From IMG/VR virus record IMGVR_UViG_3300022752_000037, positions 1 through 64,000 of that record: 64,000 nucleotides of DNA. One strand, given 5' to 3'. Under the pieces are notes generated by a model that saw only the letters and a program-made list of their open reading frames with translations, was not told the origin of the DNA and did no database searches. This document shows, piece by piece, positions 59,178 to 64,000 of this stretch; positions within the stretch are counted from its first letter, which is position 1; every line of letters starts with the position of its first letter. Source of the stretch: a virus. Position numbers and translations under genes: made by a program.

Positions 59178-60884
59178 TTAGAATCCGCCTAAAATCTGAG
59201 CACTGGCACTGGCCATGGCTGCTGAACTCATGCCGCCGTGCCCTTTAGGTTCTGTAGTTGAACTCATTCTAGTAAATGTAGAAGTAGCATGAGTAATTTT
59301 CCAAGTATTATTATTTTGTGCACCATTATAATTTCCAAGACAATATCCCCAATCTTGTCCTGTTTGAAAATTCTCTTCACCGCAGTTATCAGGTGTTGAT
59401 AAATTAGTGGCTAAATTAGTTCCAGTTGTATCATCTATACGCCAAATGCTAGTTGTAGTATTACCTCCGTTTTTAACATAGGCATACCCTTCTTTGGTTT
59501 TTAGTGCCTTGCCCCAACCGTCAGTACCAACAGTAAGACCAGCAGCAGTCCAAGTTTCATTACTAAATTGTATCTTATGATTACGACCACCCGCACTGTG
59601 TTTGACCCAGCCGTAGTCTTTACCATACCAAGCACAGACAAAATTTCCAGCAGTACCAGCTTGACCTCCTGAACCTGAAGAAAACATCACACCTGTGACC
59701 AAATTATGTTTATCAATATTAGCAGCTTCACCCACTATCCATGCCAATGTGAGATTACCATTCAGTATAACACCTGAATCATCAGAGCTGCTCTTGGTGT
59801 TCCAGTTTGTGGCATCTGATCTTCTTCCTGATTCAGTGGACATATCAATGCTTAGTGTAGTGCTGCTACCACCCATGCCACCGGCGTTGTAGATCCAAGC
59901 ATGATAGTCACTCATTCCGCCATCTATATAGGCAGCAGAAGTATCCATGATATCACCCAAATTAGTGGTAACATCTGTATAATGTACAGTTCGATTTACA
60001 TTACGCCATGGACTTGAATTTTGATATCCTCCGCTAACATATCCTCTGGTATATATAGTTCTATATTTAAAAGCATAATCCCTGCCGTCTTTGGTAATTT
60101 GCCATGTAAAATTACGATAGGCTCTACCATCAGAAGGTAATCCTTGTTGGCTAATTGCCACTTGGAAGCTATAAGTAGCTGCTTCATTACCGATACTCGA
60201 ACCTGTTATGACACCTGTATCTCTATTAATAGTCACATTACCTGGTAAGGCACCGTCTGTAATTTCAAAAATAGTACCACTTGCCTGTATTGTTGTGCTA
60301 TAGGTTAGACCAGAACCTAATATAACAGGTGTTAAAGCACCGGCTGCGGTAATAAATGTAGGTGGTTCAGAGTAGGCAGGAATATACTCTTCTACTATTA
60401 TATGTCCTGGAACATCCCTACCATCACCGCCTCCATCCCAGTATTGTGTGTGATATAAATGAGCATTGTGATTGCCTTCAGCATATGCACGACTTTGTAA
60501 GCCTGCCCTTGCCATTACGCCAGCTCCCCAGCTGGGTATTTCCCATTCTATACTGTTATGATTTTCCACATGATGGCCAGATCTACTAAATCTACCATAT
60601 TCATTATCATCTAAGTAAAACTTATAATGAGTAATCATGTGTTGACTTGGGCCGTATTGTCTTGTATGAATATTAAAAGTAAATCTTATACGACTATCGC
60701 CTCTTACAGGTCTAAAATAAACATATCCTCCTGCAATCCAGTTGTATGTATTATTATTTCTCCACCAACCCACACGATGAGTATAACTAACACGTTGTAA
60801 TACTCTACGTTGTAGTTGTTTAACTGGGATAGTCAAAAGGCCTGATTCATTTTGTAGTTCTTTAATAACGGCAGCACTGGTCAT
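59178..60884 (-). CDS. virion protein: Trp-rich paralog domain, Ig-like domain and repeat-rich C-terminus
   Basis: Shared N-terminal domain; GALPGNVTINRDTGVITG Ig-like motif; GYVSGGY...GYCLGNY repeats (beta-propeller-like). Confidence 0.65.
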   Translation of the reverse strand: MTSAAVIKELQNESGLLTIPVKQLQRRVLQRVSYTHRVGWWRNNNTYNWIAGGYVYFRPVRGDSRIRFTFNIHTRQYGPSQHMITHYKFYLDDNEYGRFSRSGHHVENHNSIEWEIPSWGAGVMARAGLQSRAYAEGNHNAHLYHTQYWDGGGDGRDVPGHIIVEEYIPAYSEPPTFITAAGALTPVILGSGLTYSTTIQASGTIFEITDGALPGNVTINRDTGVITGSSIGNEAATYSFQVAISQQGLPSDGRAYRNFTWQITKDGRDYAFKYRTIYTRGYVSGGYQNSSPWRNVNRTVHYTDVTTNLGDIMDTSAAYIDGGMSDYHAWIYNAGGMGGSSTTLSIDMSTESGRRSDATNWNTKSSSDDSGVILNGNLTLAWIVGEAANIDKHNLVTGVMFSSGSGGQAGTAGNFVCAWYGKDYGWVKHSAGGRNHKIQFSNETWTAAGLTVGTDGWGKALKTKEGYAYVKNGGNTTTSIWRIDDTTGTNLATNLSTPDNCGEENFQTGQDWGYCLGNYNGAQNNNTWKITHATSTFTRMSSTTEPKGHGGMSSAAMASASAQILGGF

Positions 60885-61727
60885 TTAGTCAAAAATCCTT
60901 ACAAATCCGCTGGCACCTGTAACAGTAGTGGCGGAATAAAACATAAGATCAGGAGCAGTATAGGGAACAGTAAATGTAAACAAACTGGAAGTATTTCCAC
61001 TGACTCCTGTGGTAAATGATGCACCTGTAACTGATCCTGTTCTAAACTGCCAAGGTAGTGCTGCTCCTGCATTATTAATAAAATTATAAGTGCCGCCTCT
61101 TACTAATCTCAATCCAGGATTTATTTCATTGGGATCAACATCCCATCCTGAAATTCTATACGTATTGCTTACATTAGTAAGAATATATGTGGCATCTGCC
61201 AAACCTGGTAGCCATTCTTCTGCTGTTACCCAGCTTTGTTGAGGTCTAAAACTACCACCTCCATTCCACCAGTAACTGGCATTTGTGGCTATGTAATGGC
61301 TACCCGAGGCATAATTACGCATGAGTAGGCCCATTGTTGCAGCTTCGCCTTTGCCGTAGCTAGGAATCCACCATTCATGGCTGAACCCGTCTTCCATGTG
61401 ATCCCCACTTCGACAATATCTAGCGTATTCTCTATTACCCCAACGACCTTCGGCATAAAATATCCAATGACTAATTTCATGTGCATTTCCACCGTTAGGG
61501 TAAGTCACAGGCATTTTTAAAATATATCTAATATAGCTTTGATCATATACAGGTGTTATACCTATGGTACTGCCTGGAATTTGATAATAAGTATTACCTG
61601 GATTCCATGTACCAAATTTAAAAACCAGTTGAGTTCTTTGAATAAGACGTTTTTTCATGAACTCAACATCTACACGAACAGTACCGGTACTGTTCTGTAT
61701 TTGATCAACTAATAAAATTCCCGTCAT
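60885..61727 (-). CDS. virion protein: Trp-rich paralog domain plus degenerate cupredoxin-like domain
   Basis: RLIQ...WNP...HWIFY...IPSYG; C-terminal LVRGGTYNF...FTVPYTAPD. Confidence 0.65.
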   Translation of the reverse strand: MTGILLVDQIQNSTGTVRVDVEFMKKRLIQRTQLVFKFGTWNPGNTYYQIPGSTIGITPVYDQSYIRYILKMPVTYPNGGNAHEISHWIFYAEGRWGNREYARYCRSGDHMEDGFSHEWWIPSYGKGEAATMGLLMRNYASGSHYIATNASYWWNGGGSFRPQQSWVTAEEWLPGLADATYILTNVSNTYRISGWDVDPNEINPGLRLVRGGTYNFINNAGAALPWQFRTGSVTGASFTTGVSGNTSSLFTFTVPYTAPDLMFYSATTVTGASGFVRIFD

Positions 61728-61730
61728 TAT

Positions 61731-62060
61731 TTAGACGCTTGGTTTAGGAAATTGTGTTTTAATTTGTTCTCTTCGTGCCTGTAATGCTTGAGCAGTTTCT
61801 GGACGATTTTCCACAACCATCTCCCATAGTGCCACAATCATATCATCCTTACTGGGATAATTTCCTGGCACCGCACGTTTTTGTTGAACACGACGTATGG
61901 CCACATCATCTTTAATCTGCTCCCATAGAGCAGCCAATTCTTCTGCACTGGGCTGTGGACTATCTTCTAACCAAGTTATATCTTCATATCTCGGACCACG
62001 TACACCGTATTGTCTACCAGCATAAAATCTATGCATAACTTCGCCGTAATCTATATCCAT
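61731..62060 (-). CDS. small tail-fibre-associated (XkdW-like/chaperone) protein
   Basis: YEDITW...PQPSAEEL...YPS...IKTQFPK pattern; TAAATA at 62080-62085. Confidence 0.55.
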   Translation of the reverse strand: MDIDYGEVMHRFYAGRQYGVRGPRYEDITWLEDSPQPSAEELAALWEQIKDDVAIRRVQQKRAVPGNYPSKDDMIVALWEMVVENRPETAQALQARREQIKTQFPKPSV

Positions 62061-62098
62061 GTAAAATCTCCCTATACCTTATTTAAGTAATTATAGTT

Positions 62099-63178
62099 TT
62101 AACCTCTTATTTGTACATTCGCATGAGTAATGTACATAGCTTCGTCTGTTTGAGCTGTATCAGCACCGAAATAATGAGTAAACACTGCCGATGCAGCAGT
62201 ATGATTTATCCAGCCCGTGTCTACAATAAAATAGCCATTTTGCTGGCTATTACCTCCCCATGGACTGTAACTATATTGTTGATTAAGCACAAAAGTCACT
62301 CTTTCACATAGGTTAACACTAATGCTGCCCGTATTATTATATACTTTAGTGAAAGTAAGATACCTCACTCCATCCACGTTGAGATAATTTGTTTCTCCAT
62401 CGAGGCTATCTACACAGTGCCAATAGAATGTATATCTTATTTGACTGTGTGTAGGAAGGTTAGGCACAGTTAAAATATAGTTCGTAGTAGGTGTATACCC
62501 ATGACCTGTTCCTTGACCAAATCCAGCAAAGTTAGTCATAGTATATGTAGTACTTGGAGTCCAATAACTTAAAGTAGCAGTAGGATTAAGAACTTCATTT
62601 AACACAGTGCTGGTAAAGTCAAATACAGGTTCCGGATCTTGTATACCACCAGGTTTCCAACTTGCAGGTTGATCAGTATTTTCATATTCTTCTATGATAA
62701 GTTGTCCATAGCAGTTTTGAGCTGCTCGACCTGTACCGTTCCAATAGTAAGTTGTATACAATCTGCATTCATGATTGTCGTTAGCATAGGATCTAATTTG
62801 ATATCCGATACGTCCTTGACTAGTCCCCCAACTTGGTACGTCATACTTCATAACATTGCCATCTTCTATGTGAACTCCACTTTGACTGTGTCGGTAATAA
62901 AGAATATTATTGACATAAAACTGCCAATGACTGATAACATGAGAGGCATTAGACCAAGCATGTGGAACACGCCAAATATAGCTAATTCTACTGTCTGTGC
63001 GTCTCGGTGTGAAATCTACATAACTACCTGGAGCCCATGTGTAGCTGTTATCGGGGTTCCATTCTCCAGCTATATAATTAAAAATATACTGTTGTATAAC
63101 ACGTTTAGTTAGTTCTATTGTTGGTAGAATTAGTGTGCCGTCTGGATGGTTGATTGATGTGGTTCGTAGTGTTCCCAT
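62099..63178 (-). CDS. virion protein: Trp-rich paralog domain plus C-terminal beta domain
   Basis: GEWNPDN...YVDFTPRRTDSRI; start at 63178 via TAATG coupling. Confidence 0.65.
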   Translation of the reverse strand: MGTLRTTSINHPDGTLILPTIELTKRVIQQYIFNYIAGEWNPDNSYTWAPGSYVDFTPRRTDSRISYIWRVPHAWSNASHVISHWQFYVNNILYYRHSQSGVHIEDGNVMKYDVPSWGTSQGRIGYQIRSYANDNHECRLYTTYYWNGTGRAAQNCYGQLIIEEYENTDQPASWKPGGIQDPEPVFDFTSTVLNEVLNPTATLSYWTPSTTYTMTNFAGFGQGTGHGYTPTTNYILTVPNLPTHSQIRYTFYWHCVDSLDGETNYLNVDGVRYLTFTKVYNNTGSISVNLCERVTFVLNQQYSYSPWGGNSQQNGYFIVDTGWINHTAASAVFTHYFGADTAQTDEAMYITHANVQIRG

Positions 63179-63681
63179 TATTGCATCCATTCCTCAACCC
63201 AGAGTGTACCTATAGCTATTTGTGCTGATCTTCCAGTTCCATTCCAGTAATAAGTTGTGTATAACCTAAATTCATTATTATCTTCCGCATAGCTACGTGT
63301 CTTAAGACCTATTCTTGCTGAGAACGTTCCCCAACTGGGCACTTCAAAATCATAGGTTGGAGCTCCTTCATAATGTGTTCTACTTGTTCCATAGCTATAA
63401 AATAATACGTTATTGGCATAAAATTCCCAGTGTTGTATAGCGTGACTGGCGGCTACCCATGCCAATGGTTTTCTTAAACGATATCTAATTCTACTGTCTG
63501 CACGCCTCGGTGTGAAATCTACATAGCCCCCTGGAAGCCAGTTATAGTCATTATTAGGATTCCATTCGCCTTCTCGCCAATCTTTTCTATATTGTTGAAT
63601 AATTCGATTTTGTAGTTCACGTCCTAGAACCTTAACTCCATTATCATTTGTACGTATCTGATCTAAATTTACCGAACCCAT
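63178..63681 (-). CDS. virion protein consisting of the Trp-rich paralog domain only
   Basis: GEWNPNN...YVDFTPRRADSRI...VPSWG...YYWNGTGR. Confidence 0.65.
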   Translation of the reverse strand: MGSVNLDQIRTNDNGVKVLGRELQNRIIQQYRKDWREGEWNPNNDYNWLPGGYVDFTPRRADSRIRYRLRKPLAWVAASHAIQHWEFYANNVLFYSYGTSRTHYEGAPTYDFEVPSWGTFSARIGLKTRSYAEDNNEFRLYTTYYWNGTGRSAQIAIGTLWVEEWMQ

Positions 63682-63682
63682 A

Positions 63683-64000
63683 TTATGTTGGCCTTGCTGA
63701 AATTATAATTTGTCCTGACATAGCTCCATGAAGTTGACAGATATAGTAATATGTGCCAGCTGTCACGCCTGTAGTATTCCATGTCACTGTACCTAGTTCT
63801 GTACCATTACCAGTAATTGTTCCTTGTGTAACTCCGTTGCCAGTACCAGTTGTAGCGCTAGTCTTAATCCAAAAAGGATGCCCAGTTGCAGCGATATTGA
63901 ATTTTAAAATATCTCCAACCGTGGCATAGATAGTTAAATCCTCACCGGTGACCTCGCCTTGTAATTGATAGGATGTTGAACCGTTATTAGTAACCCAAAA
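63683..64000 (-). CDS. 3' end of a virion protein with a cupredoxin-like domain (partial, not in ORF track)
   Basis: Open frame from the window edge: FWVTNNG...GHPFWIK...YYYICQLHGAMSGQIIISARPT*. Confidence 0.7.
   Translation of the reverse strand, partial: FWVTNNGSTSYQLQGEVTGEDLTIYATVGDILKFNIAATGHPFWIKTSATTGTGNGVTQGTITGNGTELGTVTWNTTGVTAGTYYYICQLHGAMSGQIIISARPT

Noticed and set aside
988-63112. Numerous 60-170-aa ORFs antisense to or nested within long genes (e.g. 988-1221, 3216-3563, 13432-13749, 24608-25114, 53320-53745, 62639-63112)
   Set aside because: Shadow frames of well-supported genes with no RBS, promoter or recognisable motifs.
62981-63570. Possible DGR template/variable repeat pair between the two closest paralogs
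   Set aside because: Mismatches are not confined to adenines and look like ordinary, largely third-position divergence. Both copies are coding and no reverse transcriptase is in the window.
1-64000. Stop-codon reassignment, introns or inteins
   Set aside because: Core genes (helicase, UvsX, UvsW, terminase, sheath) are intact in the standard code at expected motif spacing, and TAA, TAG and TGA all end genes.
1-64000. tRNA/rRNA genes, integrase or transposase
   Set aside because: Intergenic spaces are short and I saw no cloverleaf or T-loop signatures. The TnsA-like ORF at 29604 is the gp4 head-completion protein. A tRNAscan-SE run would confirm.

Overview
A 64-kb segment of a large lytic T4-like myovirus (Caudoviricetes). 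No cellular housekeeping genes, tRNAs, CRISPR array or integrase were seen. Layout: (1) 1-2010 is the end of a plus-strand early region of small ORFs and a P-loop NTPase, with three sigma70-type promoters and a GGAGC-type RBS on every gene, closed by a structured multi-hairpin RNA/terminator. (2) 2200-24600 is mainly minus-strand replication and recombination genes (gp41 helicase, gp61 primase, a 191-aa miniature DnaE-like protein, UvsW, UvsY, UvsX, gp32), interleaved with a carbamoyltransferase and a methyltransferase/oxygenase/glycosyltransferase cluster. (3) 24600-41000 holds head, packaging and tail genes (terminase, gp4, tube, sheath, neck gp13/14/15) plus dNMP kinase. (4) 41000-64000 holds fibre and other virion proteins around a late six-gene tailoring operon (U32-methyltransferase fusion, flavin-dependent halogenase, 2OG-Fe(II) oxygenase) and four paralogous Trp-rich proteins. 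The top novel candidate is the RNA at about 1860-2010. It has two hairpins with different lower stems but the identical loop AUUCGCUCC, which is complementary to the GGAGCG(AA) ribosome-binding sites used by the early genes, suggesting a phage anti-Shine-Dalgarno sRNA that shuts off early translation. All product calls come from motif recognition by eye; no database searches were run.
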